NCBI GenBank assembly: GCA_036517595.1
Contig: DATDVJ010000032.1
Span: 1 to 50,091, forward strand
Direction of reading: 5' to 3'
From: Minisyncoccota bacterium
GTDB taxonomy: Bacteria > Patescibacteriota > Minisyncoccia > Phycocordibacterales > JACOZG01
Length of the DNA: 50,091 nt
The translations under genes were made by a program, and so were the position numbers. Shown here piece after piece: positions 18,605-29,062 of the stretch (the stretch's first letter is position 1; the number at the start of each line of letters is the position of its first letter). The notes below the pieces were generated by a model, which had not been told where the DNA came from, searched no databases, and worked only from the letters and a program-made list of their open reading frames with translations.

Positions 18605-19993
18605 TTACTTTTTCCTCAATCTTGGGCCCTCGGGAGTATCTTCAATAGCATAACCGGCAGTGGTGATCTCTTGTCGAAGTGAGTCGGCACGGGAGAAATC
18701 GTTAACTTCGCGCGCTGATTCTCGATCAATCACGAGTTGCTTAACTTCATTAGGAATTTCAGAAAAAACCTCTGGCTCGGTAGCCGAGGCAAGGTCAAAA
18801 CCCAACACTTTGTCGAACTCGAGAATCGTGGTGAGCATGTCGGGCGAGGCGGGGGAGTAATCACCGAGAAGTTGCCAGACAATCGACAAGGCCACCGGCA
18901 AATTAAGATCATCATTTATTGCTTCAGTGAATTTGCTTAAATATTCTTGATTGATAATTCCAGTTTTACCACCACTTTTATTTTTTTCTGAAAGATCAAA
19001 AACATAATGCCGTAATCTTCGTAAAGAATTTGCCGCCCCGGCTAACGCCTCCCAAGAGAAATTCATCACTGTCCGATAGTGGGCCGAGAGTAACCAGTAA
19101 CGATACGCGAGCGACGGTACGCCACGAACGATAATCTCGGCCAGGGTAATGATGTTACCTTCCGATTTAGCCATCTTGCTATTCGCCATATTTACAAAGG
19201 CGATATGAAGCCAATGATTAGCGAGTGGCCGACCGGTCACCGCTTCCGATTGAGCCATTTCATTCGTATGGTGAGGAAAGATAAGATCCGTGCCACCTAA
19301 GTGGAAGTCGATAGTATCGCCAAGAAGAGTGCGGATCATCGCCGAGCATTCGATGTGCCAACCGGGTCGGCCTCGGCCAAACGGCGCCTCCCACCCTACT
19401 TCACCATCAGCCGCTTGCCAGAATTTCCAGAGAGCGAAATCACTCGCTGCCTCTTTATCATATTGATCACTCCCAATTCGCGATTGCGTCGCGGTGGGAT
19501 TAAACTTTAATTGAGCCAATGCCCCATAGTCTTTGGCTTTTGCCACGCGGAAATAAATTCCGTCGACCGCTTGATAGGCCAAATCGCGTTGTAATAAAAT
19601 ATCAATCATCTCAATTATCGGTTTAATATATTCAGTGGCAAGCGGCGTATGTGTCGGCCGTTCAATATTCAGTGAATCAAGATCAGCGAAAAAAGTTTCT
19701 TCAAAAGGCTTGGTGAAGGAAGGGAGGGGCACGCCGGCCGCGCGGCTACCCTTGATTGTTTTATCATCCACATCGGTCACATTCATCACCGCTGTCACTT
19801 GATAATTGTTCCACTCCAATACTCGTCTTAACCAATCGCTCACCACGAAAGTGCGTAAATTGCCAATATGGGCCGGCGCATAAACCGTTGGGCCACAAGT
19901 ATACATCGCCACTTCTTCCGATCGAAGAGAGTGGAAGGGGACAATCTTCCGCCGAAGAGTATTGTAAATTTGAAGCGGCGAAGTTAGAGCCAT
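18605..19993 (-). CDS. cysS: Cysteine--tRNA ligase
   Basis: MYTCGPTVY..AHIGN (HIGH) and KMAKSEGN (KMSKS), a class I CysRS layout. Confidence 0.95.
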   Translation of the reverse strand: MALTSPLQIYNTLRRKIVPFHSLRSEEVAMYTCGPTVYAPAHIGNLRTFVVSDWLRRVLEWNNYQVTAVMNVTDVDDKTIKGSRAAGVPLPSFTKPFEETFFADLDSLNIERPTHTPLATEYIKPIIEMIDILLQRDLAYQAVDGIYFRVAKAKDYGALAQLKFNPTATQSRIGSDQYDKEAASDFALWKFWQAADGEVGWEAPFGRGRPGWHIECSAMIRTLLGDTIDFHLGGTDLIFPHHTNEMAQSEAVTGRPLANHWLHIAFVNMANSKMAKSEGNIITLAEIIVRGVPSLAYRYWLLSAHYRTVMNFSWEALAGAANSLRRLRHYVFDLSEKNKSGGKTGIINQEYLSKFTEAINDDLNLPVALSIVWQLLGDYSPASPDMLTTILEFDKVLGFDLASATEPEVFSEIPNEVKQLVIDRESAREVNDFSRADSLRQEITTAGYAIEDTPEGPRLRKK

Positions 19994-20925
19994 CGGCGAT
20001 ATTTAGCTAAAGCCAACATGCCAAAAAGTGTTGCCAGCATTAAGGCCAGAACGAAATAATAACTGTGTGGCGAATCAGCTAAAGGAAGAATTATATTCAT
20101 ACCGAAGAATTGAGTAATAAGCGTCAAGGGGAAAAAGATAAAAGCCATGACAGTGAAAACCTTCATCGTCTCATTGGTCTTGATCGAGAGAAGGGACTCG
20201 TTTGTCTCGCGGAGATCAGTGAAGGTTTCGCGATTGCTCTCGAGCATGGCCCAAATCCGATTATACTCGCCACTCACCGCGCCAAGATAGTAGTGGAAGT
20301 CGTCATCAAAGAATTCTCGAGAGACAGCTTGCAAAGAATCAAGCACCCCGCGATGATGCTTGAGCGCCCAGCGGAAATCAAGCAAGGTGTGATTAACTTC
20401 GGCCAGAAGTTTGACCATCGCTCGCTCTTCACCAGAAAATACTTTCCCTTCAGCTTGCTTCAATACACCGTTGATATAATCAAGGCCAGTCGTCAACTCA
20501 CCATAGAGTTGCCGAACCAGGTGGTAAAAGAGAAAGCCGGCATGTGTCTTGTCCTTACCACGATCCTCAAGCTGACTAGGTTGGAAGATGGTGGCAAATT
20601 CTTTTATCCCCACCACCGGTTGATAATGAGTGGTAATTAAAAAGTTGTGTCCGATAACGAAATCGATTTCTTCTGTGTCAGCATTATTCTGAACACTACC
20701 AGCGTTCACTCGCTCGCTGTAACAAATTTGGCAAATTGGGAAGTGGAGAATAAGATAGATGAAATCGCTATAAAGATCGACTTTGGAACGTAAAGAGGGT
20801 TGATTGAGTTCATGGGTAACCAGCGGATGAACTTTGAATTCACGCGCGGCCGAAGCAAGTTCTGACTCGGTCGGCGACTCGAGATCAATCCAGATTAATT
20901 CTTTATACTGATGCCGGGTAAGCAT
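19984..20925 (-). CDS. corA: CorA-family Mg2+/Co2+ transporter
   Basis: Two C-terminal TM helices with FFGMNI (the GMN motif). I set the start to the ATG at 20925 because the track start is a TTG, so the start remains uncertain. Confidence 0.8.
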   Translation of the reverse strand: MLTRHQYKELIWIDLESPTESELASAAREFKVHPLVTHELNQPSLRSKVDLYSDFIYLILHFPICQICYSERVNAGSVQNNADTEEIDFVIGHNFLITTHYQPVVGIKEFATIFQPSQLEDRGKDKTHAGFLFYHLVRQLYGELTTGLDYINGVLKQAEGKVFSGEERAMVKLLAEVNHTLLDFRWALKHHRGVLDSLQAVSREFFDDDFHYYLGAVSGEYNRIWAMLESNRETFTDLRETNESLLSIKTNETMKVFTVMAFIFFPLTLITQFFGMNIILPLADSPHSYYFVLALMLATLFGMLALAKYRRWL

Positions 20926-20988
20926 AGTTAAATATTTGTTTAGTATATCGCCCTCCCTCGTTGACCACAAGAGGGAAGTGGTGCGATA

Positions 20989-22278
20989 ATGGCCGCACTA
21001 TCTGAAATCATGCTTCGGTCACTTAAATATCTAGTAATTGGATTCTGCGTAATTGTCTTCCTTGCCGCCGCCTTCGGCGGCGGTCTCTATGTCGGTCTAA
21101 TCAATAACGAAAACAACGGAAGCGAGTTGAAAACAGCCGAGAGGACGAAAACAAACGATGCAGTCGACAATGTCGATCTCTCGCCCTTCTGGAAAGCCTG
21201 GCGAATCTTGGATGATAAATTCGTTGATAGCCATGCGCGCCCCGCCAACGGCGGGGCGAGTACCTCAACCGCCACGACCACTTCCACCACCGAGAAACGG
21301 GTTTGGGGCGCGATTAGTGGGATGACCGATGCCCTTGGTGATCCGTATACAGTCTTCCTGCCACCGGAAGAGAAAAAGAATTTCGAGGAAAGTATTATCG
21401 GCAATTTTGGCGGAGTTGGTATGGAGGTAGATATCAAAAATCATGTCTTGACGGTTGTCAGCGCGCTGAAAGATACACCGGCAAAAGGAGCGGGGATCAA
21501 ATTCGGCGATCAGATAATTAAAATTGATGAACAAGAAACTAGGGCACTCACTCTGACCGAGGCAATCAACTTGATCAGAGGTGAAATTGGCAGTTTGGTG
21601 ATTCTTACTATCCGTCGTGAAGGTGAGGACGATCGACCCATCACCGTCACTCGAGCAAAAATCTCAATTCCCACTCTCGGCACCGAAACGAAAGATGGCG
21701 TTTTTATCATCCGGCTTTACAATTTCAACGGGAATGCTACGAGCAACTTCCGCGAGGCCTTACGAGAATTCATCGGCGCTGAAACTGACAAAATGATTAT
21801 TGACTTGCGTGGTAACCCCGGCGGTCTGCTTGATGCCGCGGTCGATATGGCATCATGGTTCCTGCCCGCCGGCAAGCCCGTGATCATCGAACATCGCGGT
21901 GACACCGAGGAAGAAAAGATTTATCGTAGTTACGGTTATGATGTTTTCACTGATCAATTGAAACTTGCCATTCTAATCGATGGCGGTAGCGCTTCGGCCG
22001 CCGAAATTCTGGCGGGCGCCTTGTCGGAACACGGAATTGCGACTTTGATCGGGGAGAAGAGTTTCGGTAAGGGGTCCGTGCAAGAACTGGTGGAGGTGAC
22101 CCCCGAAAGTTCGCTCAAAATCACTATCGCTAAGTGGCTCACGCCTAAGCATAAAAGTTTGGTTGATAATGGTCTTGAACCAGATATTCTGATCAAGATG
22201 CCAGATGCTCCACCAACCGCCACCAGCACTGATCCAGTCCTCCTACGCGCCATCGATTTCTTGAAACAGAAGAAATAA
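20989..22278 (+). CDS. S41-family C-terminal processing peptidase with a PDZ domain
   Basis: PDZ segment (GMEVD...GAGIKFGDQIIKID), DLRGNPGG, and GSASAAEILAGAL...GEKSFGKGSVQ. Confidence 0.85.
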   Translation: MAALSEIMLRSLKYLVIGFCVIVFLAAAFGGGLYVGLINNENNGSELKTAERTKTNDAVDNVDLSPFWKAWRILDDKFVDSHARPANGGASTSTATTTSTTEKRVWGAISGMTDALGDPYTVFLPPEEKKNFEESIIGNFGGVGMEVDIKNHVLTVVSALKDTPAKGAGIKFGDQIIKIDEQETRALTLTEAINLIRGEIGSLVILTIRREGEDDRPITVTRAKISIPTLGTETKDGVFIIRLYNFNGNATSNFREALREFIGAETDKMIIDLRGNPGGLLDAAVDMASWFLPAGKPVIIEHRGDTEEEKIYRSYGYDVFTDQLKLAILIDGGSASAAEILAGALSEHGIATLIGEKSFGKGSVQELVEVTPESSLKITIAKWLTPKHKSLVDNGLEPDILIKMPDAPPTATSTDPVLLRAIDFLKQKK

Positions 22279-22410
22279 CCGATTTAAATTTGATTTAAAA
22301 AATTAATCCACATTTCACACGGCCGTGGAGGTTGTGGTGTAATTTAAAAAAATAATTATATGTGGTTGTCAATGGTGCGGGGAAATGGAAATAGAGTTAT
22401 AGTTAGCGGC

Positions 22411-22881
22411 ATGAAGATCGTCCTTCTGAAAAATGTCCCCGAGCTCGGGCGGCCGTATGAGGTTAAGGAAGTCAAAGCCGGTTACGGGCGAAATTTTATC
22501 CTGGCTCGAGGTTTGGGAATAATTGCTACCAAGACAGCTCTAGCTCAAGCCGAGATCAAGCGTGACAAGTTGGAGAGAGCGACGGTTGAGAAACGCGAGC
22601 GTTTGGTGAAGGAAGTGGCTGAACTCAAGCAAATAACCATCACGCTCACCAAGCGCGCCAATGAGCTAGGGCATCTCTTCAGTGGAATTGATAACAATGA
22701 CCTTGTCGAAGCGCTCCGCGTTCAAACAACTTTTGACCTTGAACCGAATTGGGTTACCTTGAAACAACCAATCAAAGAAATCGGTACCCACACTATTCCG
22801 GTGAGCCACGGCGAAATAAAAACGAGCTTCACGCTCGTTGTTGAACCAGAAATTAACGACGCTAGTGTTAGGTCACATTAA
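22411..22881 (+). CDS. rplI: 50S ribosomal protein L9
   Basis: [31 protein letters not shown] is the canonical L9 N-terminal domain. Start moved to the ATG at 22411. Confidence 0.85.
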   Translation: MKIVLLKNVPELGRPYEVKEVKAGYGRNFILARGLGIIATKTALAQAEIKRDKLERATVEKRERLVKEVAELKQITITLTKRANELGHLFSGIDNNDLVEALRVQTTFDLEPNWVTLKQPIKEIGTHTIPVSHGEIKTSFTLVVEPEINDASVRSH

Positions 22882-23140
22882 CCATTTTCACCAGACGCTG
22901 ACGAGAGTCGTAGTTAGTTTTCCTTTTAGTCGCGAAGTTGACTACTCCCGCTGTAAGAGCGAAAATAGTATGGTCTTTACCGAGACCGGCATTCTTACCC
23001 GGGACGAAGTAGGTCCCGCGTTGGCGGACGATAATTGCTCCCGACTTGGCGGTCGCGCCGTGCGCGAGTTTGACCCCAAGGTATTTGGGGTTCGAATCTC
23101 GAAGATTCTTAGCGGTACCGCCAGCCTTACGATGTGCCAT
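22868..23140 (-). CDS. rpmA: 50S ribosomal protein L27
   Basis: [24 protein letters not shown]...IIVRQRGT...PG.N.G.GKDHT.FAL. Confidence 0.95.
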   Translation of the reverse strand: MAHRKAGGTAKNLRDSNPKYLGVKLAHGATAKSGAIIVRQRGTYFVPGKNAGLGKDHTIFALTAGVVNFATKRKTNYDSRQRLVKMVNVT

Positions 23141-23147
23141 AGACTAT

Positions 23148-23525
23148 ATGAGTATAATCGAACGTCTAGATAAAATCAAGCCTTGGTTAATGCCAATCAA
23201 TCTTATTTTGATCGGAACGCTTGGCTTTGGTCTTGGTCGTTGGTCGAAGATTGAAGAAAGTAAAACCCCAGTCTTGATCGAAAATCCAATTTTGGTAGGG
23301 GAGTCGACGGCTAAAACAGCGACTGCCCTCAACACACCGACAACCACGATCAGTAATAATAACGCGAGCAAAAACTTTGTTGCTTCAAAAAATGGTACCA
23401 AATATCATTACCCCTGGTGTCCGAGTGCGGGAAGTATTAAAGAGGGGAATAAAATTTGGTTCGCGACTATTGAAGAGGCGAGAGCGGCTGGTTACGCACC
23501 GGCCTCTAATTGTCCGGGATTGTGA
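23148..23525 (+). CDS. Membrane-anchored small protein with a C-terminal Ada-Zn-binding-like ('sunset'-type) motif
   Basis: One TM segment (LMPINLILIGTLGFGLG), then KNGTKYHYPWCPSAGSIKEGNKIWFATIEEARAAGYAPASNC. Start set to the ATG at 23148. Confidence 0.55.
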   Translation: MSIIERLDKIKPWLMPINLILIGTLGFGLGRWSKIEESKTPVLIENPILVGESTAKTATALNTPTTTISNNNASKNFVASKNGTKYHYPWCPSAGSIKEGNKIWFATIEEARAAGYAPASNCPGL

Positions 23526-23548
23526 GAAATTTTCCCAACTGATATAAC

Positions 23549-23576
23549 ATGTCGCACAATATATCTTTTGCGACAT
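23549..23576. terminator. 8-bp hairpin between convergent genes
   Basis: ATGTCGCA-N12-TGCGACAT lies between stop 23525 (+) and stop 23583 (-). There is no clear U-tract. Confidence 0.35.
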
Positions 23577-23582
23577 ACACCA

Positions 23583-23954
23583 TTAAATATCCCAACAACT
23601 CTGACTCCAACGCCAGTGCCGATCGCCATCATTCTTTATAAGCCACATGGCGTATTCAATATTCCCCGCTGGCGTGTAAATATCGAAACCCTTAGTCTGG
23701 CTCTGTTCCAAATGATACTTCTCATTGATTTGAAAAATCCCAACATCCGAAGGATTTTTATTACCACGCACCAAAGACCCGTCCGCACGAAATTGCTGAA
23801 GACGACTCTCACAGCGAGCAATATCAAGTGCCACGGTCGAATCAACCCCATAGTGCGCACTAATTTCTTCGATGAGCTCCGGAATAGTGTATTCTTGAAC
23901 TTGATTCATCGCCATCGAGGTCGAATTGCCACTACCAGTGGCGAAAGAAACCAA
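23583..23954 (-). CDS. Lytic transglycosylase (SLT/GEWL-like) domain protein
   Basis: IARCESRL...GIFQINEKYH...AMWL matches the SLT catalytic Glu-Ser and GxxQ(I/V) motifs. The track start is TTG, and internal ATGs at about 23915 are equally possible. No signal peptide is seen. Confidence 0.65.
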   Translation of the reverse strand: MVSFATGSGNSTSMAMNQVQEYTIPELIEEISAHYGVDSTVALDIARCESRLQQFRADGSLVRGNKNPSDVGIFQINEKYHLEQSQTKGFDIYTPAGNIEYAMWLIKNDGDRHWRWSQSCWDI

Positions 23955-24132
23955 CTGCGAGATAGCTATTAGACCGTTTAGGCCGATAGTGTTAAGGGAT
24001 ATAATGGTAGTAAAACAGATCAGGCCTGACGCCTAACCTGTCAAATAAGCTTTATAATGCAAGGGTATTTAGCCAACCTGATCTATCGATCTAAATACCT
24101 AGAACCACCCTAGCATATTCCCCCAGCCCTGT

Positions 24133-24240
24133 CTAGTTCTGAAACATCAATATGACTTTGTCAACAAGAGTCTGCAAATCGATGTGAAAATAAGATAAAA
24201 CAAGAGCGATGATAATCACCAATAAGATAAACTTGAACAT
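24133..24240 (-). CDS. Untracked 35-aa single-TM ORF (MFKFILLVIIIALVLSYFHIDLQTLVDKVILMFQN)
   Basis: Read from the sequence. It starts 13 nt downstream of the M23 gene stop. There is no homology evidence. Confidence 0.25.
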   Translation of the reverse strand: MFKFILLVIIIALVLSYFHIDLQTLVDKVILMFQN

Positions 24241-24253
24241 AATTATAAAAATA

Positions 24254-25522
24254 TCATAAATAGATAAGTGGATCAAGATAAGCCTCCGGGCTAGTCAAGG
24301 GCATAGTTATTTTTGCCCCCGCACAACTTTTGAAATTATACTCCCCAACTCGTACTCCCTGGGTAACTAATACCGAGAGATGAAGATGTGGTCCCGTCGA
24401 ATAGCCAGTATTGCCACTGTAAGCGACTACTTGACCGGTTTTTATTATCTCCCCAGCGACGGCTTTAATGAGTGAGAGGTGACCATAAATGGTACTCAAA
24501 CCATTCGCATGTTTAATCAACACCCATTTGCCGTAAGAAGCCCCAGGACAAGCTCGATCCGTATCGCCAACGGCCGTAATAACTCCAGCCAGCGCCGCCT
24601 TGACTGGTGTCCCCACCGTGGCTCTGAAATCAACCCCATTATGTGTCCCCGAAACATAGAGGCGTTTGGCATCCATCGTTTTGCCAAATTGCTGAGTGAT
24701 AAAAATACTTTCAAGTGGCCAGGCGAGAATCCCCTTACCGGCCGATGGAATGCTTTTGGGATCGATCACGATTCGGAGTTGATTCTCGAAATCGAAGAGT
24801 TCTTTCTCAAAGGCTTCTTTCTTCGCCTGGGTTCCCACCAACAAAATTTTATAATTCGCCTCTTTATTCTTCGTTGATTTAAGCAAGCGGTCCTTCTCGG
24901 CCTTATTATCTTCGGCCAGAACTTTCTGATCCGCTAAACGAGTTCGCAACCGGTCAAGTTCATTGCGCTCGTTTTCGGTCGCCAATTTCGAGACTTCAAG
25001 CTCACTACGGAGAGAACGTAGGGTCGCAATGCTATCTTGCACTTGATGTTGTAGGGCCGTTAACTGGTCGAGTTCGTTCCAAAAATCGGCGAGGTGTGGA
25101 TAAGCAAGCATGATCTCAAATAAAGATTCGTTATCTCGACTTCGCCACTCTCGGAGACTTTCACCAAGCGCCGCTTGACGGCTAGAGACGGTCCGATTTT
25201 TGTTACCAATATCAAGGGCGATTTCTTTAATCTTCAAATCAGTTAATTCAATTTTATTTTCGGTTACTTTAATATCGGCGGCTAACTTCTTGCGCGTTGT
25301 TTCCAGACGTTTAATTTCGCTCTGCAAACTTGAAGATACTTTAACTGTCGCCGTAAGTTCTTCCTGATAACCAGTAATCTCGTTCTCAAGACGCTTAATC
25401 TCTGCTGACCGACTAGCGATCTGTAAGCGCAATTCATCGGCCGTCGCCGCGAACGACGACTGGACAAAAATCGCCAAAAGAACAAAAACTGCAACAAAAG
25501 TTATGACTCCCCTATTCAACAT
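24254..25522 (-). CDS. M23-family peptidase with an N-terminal coiled coil (EnvC-like)
   Basis: Signal/anchor MLNRGVITFVAVFVLLAIF, a long heptad-rich region, then HNGVDF...G..V.IKH.NGLSTIYGHLS...GNTGYSTGPHLH. Start trimmed to the ATG at 25522, giving an 11-nt overlap with the gltX stop. Confidence 0.85.
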   Translation of the reverse strand: MLNRGVITFVAVFVLLAIFVQSSFAATADELRLQIASRSAEIKRLENEITGYQEELTATVKVSSSLQSEIKRLETTRKKLAADIKVTENKIELTDLKIKEIALDIGNKNRTVSSRQAALGESLREWRSRDNESLFEIMLAYPHLADFWNELDQLTALQHQVQDSIATLRSLRSELEVSKLATENERNELDRLRTRLADQKVLAEDNKAEKDRLLKSTKNKEANYKILLVGTQAKKEAFEKELFDFENQLRIVIDPKSIPSAGKGILAWPLESIFITQQFGKTMDAKRLYVSGTHNGVDFRATVGTPVKAALAGVITAVGDTDRACPGASYGKWVLIKHANGLSTIYGHLSLIKAVAGEIIKTGQVVAYSGNTGYSTGPHLHLSVLVTQGVRVGEYNFKSCAGAKITMPLTSPEAYLDPLIYL

Positions 25523-26813
25523 CGTAACGATTAAGAATTTTCTGCAGGCGAGTGAGAGTCTCTTTCTTGCCGAGAATACTAGCGATGGTGAAAGGGTCGG
25601 GTGAACGTTCGCGACCGGAGAGTGCGACACGAAAAGTTCCAAGTACCGCCGCTCGGCCGATCTTCTCCGCATAAGCGGTTAGCGCTGTTTTAATCTGTTC
25701 AGAGTTAAAACTGTTTTCGGAAATACTTTTTAGCAAAGTAATAGTTTGGCTCAAAGTTTCGGGATTTTTTAATAATTTTCGAGCGACCACCGGTGTTGTT
25801 CGAAAATAATCATATTCCCCGTTCGCGATAAATGATTTGGCTTCTTCAAGAGTTGCCACTCGCTCGCGGAGAAGCGGGATGAGTTTCGGGCGAAGTTCAG
25901 TCGACCAGTCGGAGGTAAAACAATCTTGCCATATCGTTTCGGAGACCTGCTTCAAGTATTCTCGATTCAACCATTTTAACTTCTCGAGATCGAAGATGGC
26001 ACCGCCATGTTGGATCCGCTCGAGTGAAAAAAGTTTGACCAATTCTTTCAACGAAAAAAGTTCTTGATCCGTCCCCGGATTCCAACCAAGCAAGGCAAGG
26101 TAGTTGACCAAAGCCTCCGGTAAATATCCTTGATCGCGATATTCAGTGACACTCACGGCACCGTGACGCTTCGACAGCTTTGAACGATCGGGGGCCAGAA
26201 TGAGTGGGATATGAGCATAGATCGGACGCGGAGCGCCGAGTGCCTCCTGAATCAAAATTTGTCGCGGGGTGTTGGAGATATGATCTTCGCCACGAATCAC
26301 ATGCGAGATATTCATCCGCCAATCGTCCACCACCACCGCGAAGTGGTAGAGTGGCTCGTCAAGACTTTTCGCCATCACGAAGTCACCAAGCTCGGTAGTA
26401 TCGAAACTTATTTCACCACGAATGAGATCAGTAAAAGTGATCACTTTACCCAAATTGCGCAAACGAATCACCTCTCCCCTTTTATCTTTTTTCTCAATCT
26501 CTTCCCTAGAAACATAGGCTGTATTGTTTGAGATTAATTTTTCCAACGCCGCGCGATAAATCGCCGAACGTTCAGATTGGCGGATCGGTTGGGCATTATC
26601 AAATTCGAGACCGAGCCAAGTTAAACTCTCGATAATATTTTGTTCGAATTCCGGCTTCGACCGTTCACGGTCGGTGTCTTCAATCCGCAAAAAAATCTGT
26701 CCGCCATTTTGCTTGGCAAATAAGTAATTAAATAAAGCCGTTCGAGCACCACCGACATGCAATGGCCCCGTCGGACTTGGTGGAAAACGCACAATTACCT
26801 GTTTATTTTTCAT
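25512..26813 (-). CDS. gltX: Glutamate--tRNA ligase
   Basis: RFPPSPTGPLHVGGARTALFNY (HIGH region) and KLSKRHG (KMSKS). Confidence 0.9.
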   Translation of the reverse strand: MKNKQVIVRFPPSPTGPLHVGGARTALFNYLFAKQNGGQIFLRIEDTDRERSKPEFEQNIIESLTWLGLEFDNAQPIRQSERSAIYRAALEKLISNNTAYVSREEIEKKDKRGEVIRLRNLGKVITFTDLIRGEISFDTTELGDFVMAKSLDEPLYHFAVVVDDWRMNISHVIRGEDHISNTPRQILIQEALGAPRPIYAHIPLILAPDRSKLSKRHGAVSVTEYRDQGYLPEALVNYLALLGWNPGTDQELFSLKELVKLFSLERIQHGGAIFDLEKLKWLNREYLKQVSETIWQDCFTSDWSTELRPKLIPLLRERVATLEEAKSFIANGEYDYFRTTPVVARKLLKNPETLSQTITLLKSISENSFNSEQIKTALTAYAEKIGRAAVLGTFRVALSGRERSPDPFTIASILGKKETLTRLQKILNRYDVE

Positions 26814-27939
26814 GACTCACAATGATCGATAAGATTTCGGCGGCGATTTTTTCGGCAGCGTCGGGGCGAGCAAAACTTTTTGCTCCCACCCGCATCGTCG
26901 CGAGCAATTCTTGATTATTGAGTAAACGGAAAATTTCCGATTGGAGCACTGAGGGGGTCAAATTCCCCTGCTCGATCACCGTCGCTCCACCCGAGCGAGC
27001 GTAAGTGAAAGCGTTGGTGCGTTGATCATGGCTGATTGACTCGGGAATTGGGATAAGAATCGCCGGCAGTCCCCACTGGGCGAATTCGAAAATTGAAGAG
27101 CCGGCGCGCGAAACAACGAGCGCCGACGCTCCAGCCACCATTCGAATCGCCGAGCTATTAAGGAAGCCTACCGGTTTATATCGCGCGCGGAAAGATGATT
27201 TCTCCAAGACAACTGACGCGCGTTGCTTCACTTCCTTCAAATTATTTTCACCCACTTGATGGACAACCTGACATTTCCCTAAGAGAGTCGGCAAAATGTC
27301 GAGCAAGATTTCATTGATAATCGCGGCCCCCTGTGAGCCACCCGTTACATAAACAATGGGAAGATTTGATTCAAGATCCAAAAACTCGCGCGCGCCAGCA
27401 GTGAGCGGGTAGAGAAGATCATGACGAATTGGATTACCAGTAACCGCCGCCACTGATCGCTTTTTCTCTGGGAAAAAAGTGATAACTTCTGGATAAGAGA
27501 CGGCGATGCGCGTCGCTCGGCGCGCCGCAAAATAATTAACGCGGCCGGGCCGAGAATCTGATTCGTGGACGAAGATAGGGATACGGAATAAACGCGCCGA
27601 CACCACCACCGGAAAACTGGCATAGCCACCTTTACAGAACACCAGATCGGGATAAATAGCGTAAAGTTTTATGATTGCCTCAATAATGCCGATGCCGGTT
27701 TGAAAAAAATCGGGAATAATTCGCCAGGAGAAATAGCGCCGCAAACGGCCGGCGCGCACGCGCCGGAACTCAATCTGATTCTCAAATAAGGCTCGCTCGT
27801 CATAAGGATTTTCGGAGAGAAAATAGTATTTAAGATTGAGTAACTTGTGCTTACGAGCAATCACGTTGAGAGCTTCCACCACTGCGATAATCGGATAAAA
27901 GTGCCCGGCTGTTCCCCCACCAGTAAAAATGATTTTCAT
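26803..27939 (-). CDS. murG: Undecaprenyldiphospho-muramoylpentapeptide beta-N-acetylglucosaminyltransferase MurG
   Basis: MKIIFTGGGTAGHFYPIIAV and GGSQGA....SRAG...E... Start set at the ATG at 27939. Confidence 0.9.
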   Translation of the reverse strand: MKIIFTGGGTAGHFYPIIAVVEALNVIARKHKLLNLKYYFLSENPYDERALFENQIEFRRVRAGRLRRYFSWRIIPDFFQTGIGIIEAIIKLYAIYPDLVFCKGGYASFPVVVSARLFRIPIFVHESDSRPGRVNYFAARRATRIAVSYPEVITFFPEKKRSVAAVTGNPIRHDLLYPLTAGAREFLDLESNLPIVYVTGGSQGAAIINEILLDILPTLLGKCQVVHQVGENNLKEVKQRASVVLEKSSFRARYKPVGFLNSSAIRMVAGASALVVSRAGSSIFEFAQWGLPAILIPIPESISHDQRTNAFTYARSGGATVIEQGNLTPSVLQSEIFRLLNNQELLATMRVGAKSFARPDAAEKIAAEILSIIVSHEK

Positions 27940-27949
27940 AATATTTGCA

Positions 27950-29062
27950 TTAGAACCGCGATTCGCGGGCCACATTCAGTATAACACCAGCCCCAAGCAT
28001 GGAAAACAAGAGAGCGCTCCCGCCATGACTGACAAAAAGAAGCGGAATTCCGGTCAAAGGAAAAAGACCGAGCATTGAAGCGATATTGATGAACGCCCCC
28101 GTTGTCATAAGAACAATGAAACCAACCACTAATAATTGACCAAAACGATCAGGGGCGCGGGCGGCAATTCGCAAACCCCAGATGACAAAAAAAGTAAAAG
28201 CGGTCACCAAAGCGCCACCGCCAAGCAGACCAAATTCTTCGCTCGCCACGGCAAAAATAGAATCCCCGATCGGCTCCGGTAAATAATTGAACTTCTGAAG
28301 ACTTTGACCGAAGCCACGGCCAGTGGGACCACCGGCGCCAATGGCGATAAGCGACTGGTTGATTTGCCAAGCTGAAGACTCGATTTTTTTATCAGGATAG
28401 AAAAAAGTGAGGACGCGTTCACGAACGTAAGGTTTGAACATAATAATAAGCGATAGACCAATCAAAGTGATCAAACCTAAAACCAAAAGTTGCCGCCACT
28501 TAGCACCCGCGACAAAAAACATTGCCATAGAAGCACTCAATAAAACAAGAAATGTTCCGATGTCTGGTTGAGCAATAAGCAAGGCCCCCACTAAGCCAAC
28601 AAAAATCAAAAATGGGGTAAACCCTGATCGCCAAGTGGTAACTCGATCACGAATTTTCGACAACCAGGCGGCGAGAAAAATAATCAAGCTGAATTTCAGA
28701 AGTTCCGAAGGTTGGAATGTTCTTGAACCAAGAGAAATCCAACGATGGGCTCCGCCGGAGGCAAAACCAATTCCGGGAACAAAAACCAGCAAGGTCATAA
28801 TTGAAGCAACGATTAGCAGCCATGGCGCAACTTTCAACCAATAGTGATATGGCCACCGACGGAAGATAAGCAATAGGACTAACCCAACCAAAAGCGTAAA
28901 TAATTGGTTAAAAACAACTTTGGTGTAACTGGCACCATCTCGACTAAGCAAACCCAGGGAAGCGGATGAAAAAATAAGGAAACCAGCCGCCGCTAAAACA
29001 ATGATGAAAAAAAAGAAACGCCGATTTTTCTTCCGGGATCGAGAAGACATATTAACGGCCAA
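27950..29062 (-). CDS. ftsW: SEDS-family peptidoglycan glycosyltransferase FtsW/RodA
   Basis: Ten-TM layout with FQPSELLKF, LIAQPDIGT, PEPIGDSIFAV..EE.G and SHGGSAL. Confidence 0.85.
   Translation of the reverse strand: MAVNMSSRSRKKNRRFFFFIIVLAAAGFLIFSSASLGLLSRDGASYTKVVFNQLFTLLVGLVLLLIFRRWPYHYWLKVAPWLLIVASIMTLLVFVPGIGFASGGAHRWISLGSRTFQPSELLKFSLIIFLAAWLSKIRDRVTTWRSGFTPFLIFVGLVGALLIAQPDIGTFLVLLSASMAMFFVAGAKWRQLLVLGLITLIGLSLIIMFKPYVRERVLTFFYPDKKIESSAWQINQSLIAIGAGGPTGRGFGQSLQKFNYLPEPIGDSIFAVASEEFGLLGGGALVTAFTFFVIWGLRIAARAPDRFGQLLVVGFIVLMTTGAFINIASMLGLFPLTGIPLLFVSHGGSALLFSMLGAGVILNVARESRF

Noticed and set aside
22309-22340. A shared motif, CGTG(G/A)AGGTTGTGG, occurs at 22324-22337 (upstream of rplI) and at 44676-44689 (upstream of asnS)
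   Set aside because: There are only two copies of about 14 nt, with one mismatch. The orientation is sense to rplI but antisense to asnS. I cannot distinguish this from chance without a genome-wide count.
23955-24132. A structured intergenic region with AGATCAGG ... CCTGATCT arms (about 24019-24085) could be an SRP RNA, 6S RNA or other ncRNA
   Set aside because: It lacks the conserved SRP domain IV sequence (GGAAG/AGCAG-type loops) and any other ncRNA signature I can recognise. It is probably a terminator/promoter region between the M23 operon and the SLT gene.
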